A stretch of DNA of 62,662 nucleotides from NCBI GenBank assembly GCA_016218805.1, contig JACRCW010000164.1, positions 1 to 62,662 of the forward strand, in the 5' to 3' direction. Under the pieces are notes generated by a model. It worked only from the letters and a program-made list of their open reading frames with translations, did not search any database and was not told the DNA's origin. Origin of the DNA: Deltaproteobacteria bacterium. Lineage in GTDB: Bacteria; Myxococcota; JACRCW01. Position 1 is the first letter of the stretch; every line of letters begins with the position of its first letter. The translations under genes and the position numbers were made by a program. Positions 27,386-40,926 of the stretch are shown piece by piece.

Positions 27386-30240
27386 TGGACCTGGTAGGAG
27401 ACCACCACGCGCGCGCCCGGGGACGGCTGCGCCGCGGCCTCAAAGATCACCGTGTTGCTTGCCGGGTCGTAACGCCACCCCGCCCTAACCGGCGTGCCAT
27501 TGACGGTGACGGTCACCGTGCCGGCGTTGGGCTGCCCGGCCAGGCGGAAACGGTTGGAGGACAGCAGCGCGGCCTCGCCCACCTGACGGAGCTTGGTGGC
27601 CCAATCCGGATCGCAGATGGATGCGCTGACGCCCCCCGTCGCCTGGACCGCCGCCTCATACCGCACGGCGGGATAGCCGGTGTCACAGCCCGTGGCTTGG
27701 CCGGTGATGGCGTTGATGATCACCGGCGCGCCCGAGGCCGCTTTCAGCCCGGTGAAGAAGTCCACGTACGCGGACACCGGCAGCGGGGAACCGTCCTCTT
27801 CGTCAGACACCACAATGATGGCCAGGCCCGCGCGGTCCCGCAGGAAGCCGCGGTTGTGGCCCACCACCAGGGGCGGACTCAGCGCCAGACGCGCCGCCTC
27901 CAGGCCCTGCTCGTCGCCACTGCCGTACACCCCCACCAGCGCGCGCTGGGTGAACGCACCCACCGGGTCCCCCGACGCGCGCGTGATGATGGCCGGGGCG
28001 CCCACCAGCGCGCCCTGCTCCCCGTCCGGTGAGACATCCGTGGTGGTCAGCCCCAGCTGGTAGTCCACCACCGTGCGGAAATCCGCCACCTGGATGAACC
28101 GGGACATGTTGGCGGACAGGTTTTCCTGGTTGTCCTGCATGCTCCCGGAGTTGTCCACGACGAACAACACGTCCATGGACGTGGTGGCCGCGGCCACAAA
28201 CTCCTCGGTCTGCTCGGTGGTGCGCGGCATGCCTTCGCCGCGCAGGCCGACCACCAGGTCCATGGGCTCTGGAATGGTGGCGGGGATGTGCAGCTCTCCG
28301 GTGTACACGCCCTCCACACCGGGGGCGAACGTCAGGGACACCATGCGCGCCGCGCCGGGAAGCAGCCTGGCGGGGAAGCCTGAGGTGTCCACGGAAAACG
28401 GGAGGCCGGGGAGGACCTGCGGGAGCTGCACGTCCACCACTTCCGCGCCGTCCGCAATGAGCGTGACGTTGCGGGTGGACGTGCCGCACCCCACCGGCAC
28501 GCGGCCAAAGTCCACAAACGGCGGATTGGCCGACACGCCGCCCGCCGTACCGCGCCCCCGGAGGGAGACCAGCACCGCCGGCGCACCGGCCACACCCACC
28601 TGCACCACGCCCCGGAGAACGCCCCGCTGCTGCGGTGCAAACACCACCTCCACGCGGTGCGCGCCGCCGGGCTGCACCGTGGTCCCGGTCCCCAGCGACG
28701 AGAACGACGGGCTGCTCACGTAGCCGGGGGCGGGCACCGGCGGCGCCAGCACGCACGGTCCCGTGCCGTCATTGCGGACCATGAACGCCAGCCGTGACTG
28801 CTGGGCCAGCCGTACTGCGCCAAAGTTCAGTTCGGTCACGGCGGTGGCGGCGCGGCACGCGCGGTCCACCCGCGTGGCCTCCATGGGAACCGTGATGACG
28901 GCGTCCCCCGGTGAAGTGGTGCCCAGCACCAGCTGGCTTGCGTAGGTCCCCGTGGGCGCGGCGGCAAATTGCACGGACAGCAGGATGGACTGGCTGGGCC
29001 CCAGCAGGTGCGGCAACGGCGGCTGTCCCTCCAAGACAAACGCGCCGTCCGGCGGCTGCAGCGAGACGATGTCCGCCGCCTGGTCACCGCGGTTGAGGAC
29101 CAGCACGTCCCGGACGTGGGCGTGGTCGTCATACACGTTGCCGAACTGCAGCACGCCCGGCAGCGCCACGACGTCCGCGCCGGTGGTGGCGCCGGTGAGC
29201 ACCAGCGTGGCCTCCGGGGTGCGCGGGTCATTGGACAGCACGGAAACCCGCGCGTCCGAGCGCCCCAGCGCGCCGGCCGAGTAGCGGAAGTCCAGCAGGC
29301 TGCTCTCCTCCGGGGCCAGCGTGAACGGCACGGCGGTGAGCACCAGGAACGATGCCGCCCCGGTGCCGCCCAGCTCCGCCGCGTCCACGGTCAGCGGCGC
29401 ACTGCCGCGGTTGGTCACGGTGACGGACTGGTCCGCGGTGCCACCCTCCGGCAGGCGCCCAAAGTCCACGTAGATGGGCGCAATGTCCAGCCGCGGGGCG
29501 CGCAGGGCCCCGGTGAGCGGCACCGCCACGCCGCACCCGTTCCCGCAGCTGTCCACGCGCAGCGTCCCCGTGGAGACGCCGCCCTGCGTGGGTGCAAAGA
29601 GCACCGTGACGGCCAGCCGCGCGCCCCCGGAGACCTGCAGGTCGTACGCGCCGCCCAGCGGCCCGCCCACCACCGAATAGGCCAGCGTGGCGTCGTCCAC
29701 CAGGACCAGCTGCACCGGCACCATGGTGGCGGTGGTGTTGACCAGCGTGAGCACCAGGGAGCGGGACATCCCGGGGAGAAGTTCGCCAAAGTCCAGCGCG
29801 GCCGGCTCCGCCCGCACAGCGGGCGGCAGCCCCACGCCGGTGAGCGCCACGCGCAGCGGCCCCTGGTCGGTGGCGTTGGTGTCAATGACCAGCGTGGCGG
29901 ACTGCGGTCCCTCCACGCGGGGCCGCAGGGTGACCTCCACCGTGGCCGAGGAACGCGGGATGACCGAGTCAGCCGACGAACTGGCTGAGAACGCGTCCGC
30001 CTGGTCACCCTCCATGGTGAAGCCGCGGATCACCAGCGTGTCCGTGCCGTCATTGGCCAGGAACAGCAGTTCAGACGCCGGCAGCCCCACCGCCACCGCG
30101 CCCAGGTCCAGCGCGGCGTCCACCTTCCCGTGCGGGCGCGCTTCGCCGACGTTCTCGCCCTCGCAGTTGCAGGCGGGCGCCAGCGCCGCCACGCACACCA
30201 GCCACCACGCCGCCCGGCTCTGCCCCCTACGCGTCAGCAT
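27379..30240 (-). CDS. Large lipoprotein with tandem Ig-like (choice-of-anchor D/ASH-like) domains and C-terminal VWA domain
   Basis: ACNC lipobox, about 6 repeats of (L/V)DFG...VxNxG, then DVLFVVDNSGSM MIDAS and VSDEED. Confidence 0.8.
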   Translation of the reverse strand: MLTRRGQSRAAWWLVCVAALAPACNCEGENVGEARPHGKVDAALDLGAVAVGLPASELLFLANDGTDTLVIRGFTMEGDQADAFSASSSADSVIPRSSATVEVTLRPRVEGPQSATLVIDTNATDQGPLRVALTGVGLPPAVRAEPAALDFGELLPGMSRSLVLTLVNTTATMVPVQLVLVDDATLAYSVVGGPLGGAYDLQVSGGARLAVTVLFAPTQGGVSTGTLRVDSCGNGCGVAVPLTGALRAPRLDIAPIYVDFGRLPEGGTADQSVTVTNRGSAPLTVDAAELGGTGAASFLVLTAVPFTLAPEESSLLDFRYSAGALGRSDARVSVLSNDPRTPEATLVLTGATTGADVVALPGVLQFGNVYDDHAHVRDVLVLNRGDQAADIVSLQPPDGAFVLEGQPPLPHLLGPSQSILLSVQFAAAPTGTYASQLVLGTTSPGDAVITVPMEATRVDRACRAATAVTELNFGAVRLAQQSRLAFMVRNDGTGPCVLAPPVPAPGYVSSPSFSSLGTGTTVQPGGAHRVEVVFAPQQRGVLRGVVQVGVAGAPAVLVSLRGRGTAGGVSANPPFVDFGRVPVGCGTSTRNVTLIADGAEVVDVQLPQVLPGLPFSVDTSGFPARLLPGAARMVSLTFAPGVEGVYTGELHIPATIPEPMDLVVGLRGEGMPRTTEQTEEFVAAATTSMDVLFVVDNSGSMQDNQENLSANMSRFIQVADFRTVVDYQLGLTTTDVSPDGEQGALVGAPAIITRASGDPVGAFTQRALVGVYGSGDEQGLEAARLALSPPLVVGHNRGFLRDRAGLAIIVVSDEEDGSPLPVSAYVDFFTGLKAASGAPVIINAITGQATGCDTGYPAVRYEAAVQATGGVSASICDPDWATKLRQVGEAALLSSNRFRLAGQPNAGTVTVTVNGTPVRAGWRYDPASNTVIFEAAAQPSPGARVVVSYQVQC

Positions 30241-30480
30241 GTGCGCTCCCGAAGCAACCAGCGTACCGGACGCCCTCCAGCGCCTCAAATGGCGACGGAA
30301 TTGGCCCCCGGCCGGCCCCTCCCCCGCGCCATTGGACGGGGCGCGCGACGGGCTCGCCTGCTCAAAAGGTGCAGTGCGAACGCACCGCGCTTTCCCATGC
30401 CATGTCGCCGCGCGACGCGTGGGGGCGTGAGGACGTGCCCACGTTTGACGCCCGACCCGCACGTGGATACGGGGTGCGCC

Positions 30481-31608
30481 ATGAGCGAACGTCTGGTGCG
30501 CGTCGTCATCGAGGGATTCAAATCCATCCGTGCGGCCGACTTGGAACTGCGCGCGCTCAACGTGCTTATCGGGGCCAACGGTGCCGGGAAGTCAAACCTG
30601 CTCGGCGCATTCAAGCTGCTCAACGCTCTGACGGCCAACCGGCTCGCCGCGCATGTTGCCGAATCCGGCGGCGCGGCCAACGTGCTCCGCTTCGGCCCGA
30701 AGGTGACACCGCAGATCCTCCTGGGCCTCGACTTCGAGTCGGACATGGGACGCAACTCCTACGAGGCACGCCTTTCCTGGGTGGCGCCCGACCGGTTCAT
30801 CTTTGCCGACGAGCGCGTCCGGTTCCTTCGCACCGGCCACGCGCTAGCCGCGGATGAATCGCTCGGGGGCGGACACGCGGAGTCGCGCCTGTACGCGGAG
30901 GACCTCGGCCCGAAGGCGCGGGGAGTGGCGAGCTTCGTCCGCTATCGGATGCAACGCTGGCGCGCGTACCACTTCCACGACACCTCGGCGGAGTCCCCGA
31001 TGAAGCGCGCGGCGGAACTGGTTGATGACCGGTTCCTGCGCGGTGACGGGGGGAACATTGCCGCGTTTGTCCGCATGCTGAAGCTGGCCCATCCCGCGCA
31101 CTATTCCCGCGTGCGCGCCGCGGTGCAGCGCGCCTTTCCCGCGTTTGATGATTTTGTGGCCGAGCCATCGCGCAGCGGACCGGGATCCATCCTGTTGACT
31201 TGGCGCGAGCTGGGCCAGCCCCACGAGTTGGGGCCGCACCAACTCTCGGACGGAACGCTGCGGTTCATCTGTCTGGCGGCGCTCCTGCTCCAACCGTGGG
31301 ACCACGAGAATGCTCCGTCGTGCATCACCATTGACGAACCGGAACTTGGCTTGCACCCGGCCGCGATTGGCCTGCTGGCTGAGTTGGTCCGGGACGCGGC
31401 CCGACAGGTGCAGGTTGTCGTGTCCACGCAATCGCCCGGTTTGATCTCCGCCTTGGATGATCCGGAAGCGGTCGTCGTGGTGGACCGCGACCCGGGGACG
31501 CGGGAGTCCACCTTCGCGCGGCAGAGCCGCCCCCGGCTCGACGCGTGGCTGGCCGAGTACACGCTTGGGGAGGCGTGGGAAAAGGGCGTGTTGGGGGGCC
31601 GCCCGTGA
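30481..31608 (+). CDS. ABC/AAA_21-type ATPase (COG4637-like)
   Basis: IEGFKSI, Walker A GANGAGKS, LSDGT signature, IDEPELGLHP, STQS. Confidence 0.9.
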   Translation: MSERLVRVVIEGFKSIRAADLELRALNVLIGANGAGKSNLLGAFKLLNALTANRLAAHVAESGGAANVLRFGPKVTPQILLGLDFESDMGRNSYEARLSWVAPDRFIFADERVRFLRTGHALAADESLGGGHAESRLYAEDLGPKARGVASFVRYRMQRWRAYHFHDTSAESPMKRAAELVDDRFLRGDGGNIAAFVRMLKLAHPAHYSRVRAAVQRAFPAFDDFVAEPSRSGPGSILLTWRELGQPHELGPHQLSDGTLRFICLAALLLQPWDHENAPSCITIDEPELGLHPAAIGLLAELVRDAARQVQVVVSTQSPGLISALDDPEAVVVVDRDPGTRESTFARQSRPRLDAWLAEYTLGEAWEKGVLGGRP

Positions 31609-32270
31609 GGCGCGTCCTGCTGTTGGTGGAGGGGCAAACGGAGGAGGCGTTCGTCCGGCGGGTGTTGCAGCCGCACCTCTGGCCGCTGGCGGTGGACGCC
31701 CAGGCTACCATGGTGTTCACGTCGCGTGCGCAGGGGCGACGCGCGCACCGGGGCGGCGTGACGACCTACGAACGCATCCGCAAGGACGTGGACCTGCTGC
31801 TGCACAGCCGCCCGGATGCGGTGACCACGCTGTTTGATGTGTACGCCTTCCCCAAGGACATGCCGGGGTACCCGTACCCCTGGCCGGCCGGTACGGAGGC
31901 GCGGGTCGCCGGCCTCACCGCGGCGTTTGAGGCAGACGTGAACGACCGTCGCTTCTTTGCGGGTTTCATCGCGCACGAGTTTGAAGGGCTGCTGTTCACG
32001 GCCCCGGCGGCGCTGGCTGAAGCGGTGGAGACAGACACGCAGGCGCGCACCAGGTTGGCGGCGGCGCTCGCGGAAGTGCGCCGCGCCTTCCCGTCCCCGG
32101 AGGACATTGACGACGGCGCGGAGACGGCGCCGAGCAAACGGCTCCTCGCCCTATGCGCATGGAACAAGGTGCTCCACGGCCCAGAGGTGGCGGGCGCCAT
32201 CGGCCTGGCGGCCATTCGGCAAGCATGTCCCCTATTCAGCGCCTGGCTTGCCCGGCTGGAGAACGTGTGA
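31605..32270 (+). CDS. DUF4276-family (TOPRIM-like) protein
   Basis: LLVEGQTEEAFV, TTLFDVYAFP, HEFEGLLF, ETAPSKRL, KVLHG. GTGA overlap with the ATPase. Confidence 0.8.
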   Translation: MRRVLLLVEGQTEEAFVRRVLQPHLWPLAVDAQATMVFTSRAQGRRAHRGGVTTYERIRKDVDLLLHSRPDAVTTLFDVYAFPKDMPGYPYPWPAGTEARVAGLTAAFEADVNDRRFFAGFIAHEFEGLLFTAPAALAEAVETDTQARTRLAAALAEVRRAFPSPEDIDDGAETAPSKRLLALCAWNKVLHGPEVAGAIGLAAIRQACPLFSAWLARLENV

Positions 32271-32312
32271 GCCGGCGCGCCCCTTGCGCGCGCGGCCAAT
32301 CGTTGACGCGAA

Positions 32313-33317
32313 TCACTTCGCCGCTGCGTCGTCGAGGTCGCGTTCGCCGGGGGGGGGCAGGTGCATCATGCTCAAAAAGGGCAGCGCCAGGACCACCATG
32401 TGCAGCATCTGGAACAGGTGGGTCCAGATGGCGTACGCCGCACCGTCCCCCTTGCCCACGCCAAACACCGCCAGTGACACCTGGATGGCGTACTCAAAGT
32501 TCCCTACGTTGCCGGGCCCGGCCGGGATGGTGATGCCCACGACCAGACACGACAGCACGAAGTACGCGCCCAGCATGGGCAGTTCCAGGTCCATCCCCTG
32601 CGCCAGCACCCACATGCCAAACCCGTTGACGAGCCAATAGGCCACCGTCAGCCCCAGGTAGATGGCCACGTCCCCCACCGTGGGGAGGCTTTTCAGTCCC
32701 TCAATGAACGCGTTGAGCATGCCCAGCAGCTTCTCCGCCAGCCGGGTGGAGATGGGCGTGAGGACCGCGCTCCAGAAGCGGATGGACAGGTCCCGCCAGC
32801 GGTAGGCGGCAATGAACACGCCCAGCGCGCCGCCAAACACCAGCAGCGCCACGTACCCGCCCAGCGAAATGACCGCGGGCACATCCCGGTTGCCCACCCA
32901 CGCGAGGATGACGGCGAGGAAACCGGTCATCACCAACCCGTCCAGCACGCGCTCCAGCGCCACGGTGGCCAGGCCCACGCTCTTGCGGCCGTAGCCGCGC
33001 TGGGTGGCCAGGTAGGGGCGGATGAGTTCGCCCAGGCGGAACGGGAGCAGGAAGGTGCCCAGGAAGCTCACACAGCACATTCCAAACGCATCCCGGAACG
33101 GCATGCGCATCCCGGTGAGCGAATCCACCTGCCGCTTCCACCGCCACGTGCGCAGGACGTGGGTGACGGTCAGTTGCAGGAAGTACGCGGGATACACCCA
33201 CCAGGCCACGCCCTTGATGGCCGCGCCGGCCTCCTGCCAGTCCACGCCGCGCAGCGCCAGCCACAGCAGCACGCCACTGATGGCCAGCCCCACCACGAAC
33301 TGGATGGCGCGTTTCAT
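32313..33317 (-). CDS. Lysylphosphatidylglycerol-synthase TM / flippase-like protein (UPF0104)
   Basis: LRTWRW, LLPFRLGELIR, LERVLDG, PAGPGNVGNFE. Confidence 0.85.
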   Translation of the reverse strand: MKRAIQFVVGLAISGVLLWLALRGVDWQEAGAAIKGVAWWVYPAYFLQLTVTHVLRTWRWKRQVDSLTGMRMPFRDAFGMCCVSFLGTFLLPFRLGELIRPYLATQRGYGRKSVGLATVALERVLDGLVMTGFLAVILAWVGNRDVPAVISLGGYVALLVFGGALGVFIAAYRWRDLSIRFWSAVLTPISTRLAEKLLGMLNAFIEGLKSLPTVGDVAIYLGLTVAYWLVNGFGMWVLAQGMDLELPMLGAYFVLSCLVVGITIPAGPGNVGNFEYAIQVSLAVFGVGKGDGAAYAIWTHLFQMLHMVVLALPFLSMMHLPPPGERDLDDAAAK

Positions 33318-33838
33318 CCCACCACCACCAGCACCGTGCCCGCTTCCACGGCCTGTCCCTCCTTGCAGCGGATCTCCTTGAGCACCCCCGCCGTCGGGGA
33401 TTTGAGCTCGTTCTCCATCTTCATGGCTTCCACCACCACCACGCCATCACCCACGGCCACCGCGGCGCCCACCTCCCGCAGCAGCTTCACCACCTTGCCG
33501 GGCATGGGTGACGTGACCGTGGCGGGGCCGTCATGCTTGGCGCCGCGGCTGGCGGTGGCGCGCAGCTGGTGCTTGCGCTGCTCCAGCACCTCCATCTGGA
33601 ACACTTCGCCGCGCACGCGCACGTTCACGCGCGGATCCAGCGGGTCAGAGGGGGCCGCGCGCTCAAAATCCATGTCATAGCTCTGCCCGTCAATGACCAG
33701 ACTCACCACGCCGCCGGGCAGGGACACCGCATGCACCTGGTGCGGTTCACCGTCCAGCACAAACGTGCGGGACCCGCCGTTGCCCGGTCCCAGCTCCACC
33801 ACGTGTGGGTGCCCGCCCTGGGTGACCACGTATCTCAT
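33314..33838 (-). CDS. Biotin carboxyl carrier subunit of acyl-CoA carboxylase
   Basis: SPMPGKVV...EAMKMENE. Confidence 0.9.
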   Translation of the reverse strand: MRYVVTQGGHPHVVELGPGNGGSRTFVLDGEPHQVHAVSLPGGVVSLVIDGQSYDMDFERAAPSDPLDPRVNVRVRGEVFQMEVLEQRKHQLRATASRGAKHDGPATVTSPMPGKVVKLLREVGAAVAVGDGVVVVEAMKMENELKSPTAGVLKEIRCKEGQAVEAGTVLVVVG

Positions 33839-33843
33839 GGGCT

Positions 33844-35364
33844 TCACCGTCCCCCCGGGCCAAACGCCCGTTGCCACGCGGTCTGACCGCCCCCGCCCTC
33901 CGACGGCCGCGCCGCCACCACCTGGTGCCGCAGCCGCTCCTCTTCAGACTCCCGGAAGAACGCCGCGGCCAGCAGCGCCGCGGTGCGCAGGTTCTCCGGC
34001 GGCAGCGCGGCCGGGCCCTGCATGTGCCGCTCAATGAAGCCCGTGTCGTAGTCGCCGGCGCGGAACGCGGGGTGCTGCAGGATGCGCACCAGGTAGCCAA
34101 TGTTCGTGTTGATGCCCTTGACGGAGTACTCGTTGAGCGCGCGGATGAGCTTGTCCATCACCGCCTGCCGCGACGACGCCCAGCACGACAGCTTGGCGAT
34201 CATGGGGTCATAGAAGGGCGTGACCTCGTAGCCGGCGTACACGCCGCTGTCATCCCGCACCCCTGGGCCATCCGGCACCCGCAGCGACGTGATGCGCCCC
34301 GGCTGCGGGAGGAAGCCCTGCGCGGGATCCTCCGCGTAGATGCGCGCCTCCATGGCCCAGCCGCGGGGGGATTCGGGCTGGTCACCCCATGGCAGCGGCA
34401 GGCCTTCCGCCACATCCAGCTGCGCCCCAACAAGGTCAAAGCCCGTGACCCACTCAGTCACCGGGTGCTCCACCTGCAGGCGCGTGTTCATCTCCAGGAA
34501 GTAGAACTTCCGGTTGGCGTCCACCAGGAACTCCACGGTGCCCGCGTTGAGGTAGCCCACCGCGCGCGCGCCCTTCACGGCAATCTCGCCCATGGCGCGG
34601 CGCATCGGCGGCGTGACGACGGACGAGGGCGCTTCCTCAATGATCTTCTGGTTGCGGCGCTGCACCGAGCATTCGCGCTCAAACAGGTGGTGCACGTTGC
34701 TGTGTGTGTCCGCAAACACCTGGATTTCCACGTGCCGCGGCTTCTCCAGGAACTTCTCCACGTACAGCGAATCATCCCCAAACGCGCTCATGGCCTCGCG
34801 CCGCGCGCCGGCCACGGCGGTGGCCAGGTCCTCTTCGCGCGTGACCTTGCGCATGCCTTTGCCGCCGCCGCCGGCCGCCGCCTTCACCATCACCGGCAGG
34901 CCCACCTGCCGGGCGAACGCGATCGCGGTCGCATCGTCGACAGGACCGTCGGTGCCGGGCACCACGGGCACGCCCGCCGCCTTCATGGTGGCGCGCGCGC
35001 GGGTCTTTTCACCCATGGCGTCAATGGCCGCCGCTGGCGGGCCAATGAAGGTCACCCCCGCGTCCGCGCAGGCGCGGGCAAACTCCGCCTTTTCGGAGAG
35101 GAACCCGTAGCCCGGGTGGATGGCGTCCGCGCCGTGCTTCTTGGCCGCGTCCAGAATGCGGTCCATGCGCAGGTAGCTGTCCCGGGACGGCGCCGGGCCA
35201 ATGCACTCCGCGCGCTGCGCGGTGCGCGTGTGCAGCGCCACGCGGTCCGGCTCCGAATACACCGCCACCGTCTCAATGCCGCGCTCATGACAGGTGCGCA
35301 TCACCCGCACCGCAATCTCCCCGCGGTTGGCCACCAGCACGCGCTTGATCTTTCTCGTCGTCAT
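33844..35364 (-). CDS. accC: Biotin carboxylase subunit
   Basis: ANRGEIAVR, HPGYGFLSE, GGGGKGMR, ERECSVQRR, EMNTRLQVEHPVTE. Confidence 0.93.
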   Translation of the reverse strand: MTTRKIKRVLVANRGEIAVRVMRTCHERGIETVAVYSEPDRVALHTRTAQRAECIGPAPSRDSYLRMDRILDAAKKHGADAIHPGYGFLSEKAEFARACADAGVTFIGPPAAAIDAMGEKTRARATMKAAGVPVVPGTDGPVDDATAIAFARQVGLPVMVKAAAGGGGKGMRKVTREEDLATAVAGARREAMSAFGDDSLYVEKFLEKPRHVEIQVFADTHSNVHHLFERECSVQRRNQKIIEEAPSSVVTPPMRRAMGEIAVKGARAVGYLNAGTVEFLVDANRKFYFLEMNTRLQVEHPVTEWVTGFDLVGAQLDVAEGLPLPWGDQPESPRGWAMEARIYAEDPAQGFLPQPGRITSLRVPDGPGVRDDSGVYAGYEVTPFYDPMIAKLSCWASSRQAVMDKLIRALNEYSVKGINTNIGYLVRILQHPAFRAGDYDTGFIERHMQGPAALPPENLRTAALLAAAFFRESEEERLRHQVVAARPSEGGGGQTAWQRAFGPGGR

Positions 35365-35371
35365 GGCTGCC

Positions 35372-36940
<1,569 letters not shown>

Positions 36941-37004
36941 GGGCGTCGTCCTCCGTCGGTGAAGGGGACGCGCACCCTAGGCCAAGCCACCCGGGAATGG
37001 CGAG

Positions 37005-37580
37005 TCAGAAATGTGGCCGAAACAGCTTGGCCAGGACGATGCGCGTGCGTGCGCCGAGACCGGCGTACGTGAAGGTGTCCGCGGGCCCGTACGTGGCCGC
37101 GCGGCGGTAGCGGCGGCCTTTCAGCTTGTCCACGTCAATGCGCGCCGACAGCGGGTGCACCACCCAGTATTCCGGGATGCCAAAGCGCTCATAGATGCGC
37201 TTCTTCTTGTCCTGCTCCGCCAGCGTATTGGAGGGCGACAGGACCTCCACCACCAGGTCCGGCACGCCCTCCACCGCCCGGTCCGTCATGATCCGGGCGC
37301 GGTCCTTGCCAATGACCACCAGGTCCGGCTGGACCACGTTGTGCTGGTCCAGGATGAGGTCGGTGGGAGCGTCGAAGACGCAGGCGAGCCCGGGGTCTTC
37401 GTGGGAGAGCATGAGCAGGTGTTGCAGGCGGCGGGACACCGTCTGGTGGAACAGCGTGGGTGCGGGGTTCACATTGAACTGCCCCTCCAGCAGCTCCCAA
37501 ACCTGCCCGTCGGCGGGAATGGCCGCGTAGTCCTCATACGTGAGCATGCGGCGGTGGGACGTAGCGCGTACGGCAACCAT
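37005..37580 (-). CDS. Uma2-family PD-(D/E)XK endonuclease
   Basis: LTYEDY, PAPTLFHQ, QPDLVV, PDLVVEVLSPS, GIPEYWVV. Confidence 0.88.
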   Translation of the reverse strand: MVAVRATSHRRMLTYEDYAAIPADGQVWELLEGQFNVNPAPTLFHQTVSRRLQHLLMLSHEDPGLACVFDAPTDLILDQHNVVQPDLVVIGKDRARIMTDRAVEGVPDLVVEVLSPSNTLAEQDKKKRIYERFGIPEYWVVHPLSARIDVDKLKGRRYRRAATYGPADTFTYAGLGARTRIVLAKLFRPHF

Positions 37581-37617
37581 GCACGCCAGCCTACTGCATC
37601 CAGCCTGGGTCCGCCCC

Positions 37618-38355
37618 TCACGCGCCCTGGTGCGCCGTGCCGCGGTCCAGCAGCGTCTCAAAGTACAGGATGCGCTTGCAGGCGGGACACTCCTCAATGG
37701 TGTCCCCCTTCTGCACGCGGATGAACTGCTGCGCCGGCAGGTGCATGTTGCAGCCCTTGCAGCTGCCCGCCACCGCCTGCACCACGCCCAGGCCGTGCCG
37801 CTTCCCCAGCAGCTGCTCGTACTTCTTGAGCGCATTGGCCGGGAGCTTCTGCGCCAGGCGCTGCCGCGCCTCCTTCTCCTTGGCCAGCACCGCGTCGCGG
37901 TCACCCACGGCGGCCTTGGCCACCTCCACCTCTTCCTTGTGCGCCTTTTCGGCGGAGGACAGGCGGGCCTCCACGTCCTTCATGCCCTTGGACAGTTCCT
38001 CCAGGTCCAGTTGCTTCTGCGCCACCGCGTCGCCCAGGTCAGAGATGTTGCGCTTGAGCATCTCCACCTCGCGGCCCAGCGCGGCAAACTCGCGCGTGTT
38101 GCGAAGCTCATCCAGGCGGCCCTCCCACTTCTTCTGTTTGTCACGCTCGCCCTGCAGCTCCAGTTCCTTGGCGCGCTTCTCCTTCTCCGCCTCCTCCATC
38201 TTCATGGAGACCTGCTTGAACTCGCCCCTCAGCTTGTCCACGTCGGCCATGAGCGCCTTCTGCTTGGCGAACACGGTCTCGCGAGCGGACTCGATGCCCT
38301 TGATGCGGGTGTCCACGGCCTGCAGCTCGGCCAGTGCGATGAGCGTCTGCTTCAA
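37618..38355 (-). CDS. Coiled-coil protein with C4 zinc ribbon (DUF164/CT398-like)
   Basis: Long coiled coil, CKGCNM...CPACKRILY. TTG start. Confidence 0.85.
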   Translation of the reverse strand: MKQTLIALAELQAVDTRIKGIESARETVFAKQKALMADVDKLRGEFKQVSMKMEEAEKEKRAKELELQGERDKQKKWEGRLDELRNTREFAALGREVEMLKRNISDLGDAVAQKQLDLEELSKGMKDVEARLSSAEKAHKEEVEVAKAAVGDRDAVLAKEKEARQRLAQKLPANALKKYEQLLGKRHGLGVVQAVAGSCKGCNMHLPAQQFIRVQKGDTIEECPACKRILYFETLLDRGTAHQGA

Positions 38356-38437
38356 TTCGGTATTCCTCCTCGGCGTGCTCCCGGGAAGTCCGGGTGCGCG
38401 TCATTGCATGGTTGGGTTGTGAACGTGGGGGCAAGGC

Positions 38438-38510
38438 TGGGCCCAGCTGGATTTGAACCAGCGACCAGCCGGTTATGAGCCGGCAGCTCTGACCGCTGAG
38501 CTATGGGCCC
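38438..38510 (-). tRNA. tRNA-Ile2 (anticodon CAU, lysidine type); CCA not encoded
   Basis: GGGCCCATAGCTCAGCGGTCAGAGCTGCCGGCTCATAACCGGCTGGTCGCTGGTTCAAATCCAGCTGGGCCCA folds as a cloverleaf. C4-G69/C5-G68 and the position after rpoD favour Ile2 over Met. Confidence 0.92.
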
Positions 38511-38665
38511 ATGGGTGGGGGCCTGGCCCGCGGGCCGCCGGGCCTGGGCGGGAGGGCACATCAATCCCGCGTGGGTACTGCTACGCACGGGTGGGCGCGT
38601 AGCATGCGCACTCCGCCCTGTCAGCCCGCCGCGGGCCCCGAACTTCGCGGTCCCGCTGCAGCTTC

Positions 38666-40825
<2,160 letters not shown>

Positions 40826-40926
40826 CCTGCCCTGACTCCTTCGCGTCCCTGCCGAACTCTCTGCCGATCCCAACCGCGATCACGCGGAGGGGGGGTGGGG
40901 CGTTTAGCGGGCGCCCCCCCCACTTG

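Noticed and set aside
38438..38510. tRNA as Met/fMet, or as a prophage integration site
   Set aside because: It lacks the initiator C1-A72 mismatch and the GGG/CCC anticodon stem, and there is no integrase or duplicated 3' end in the window.
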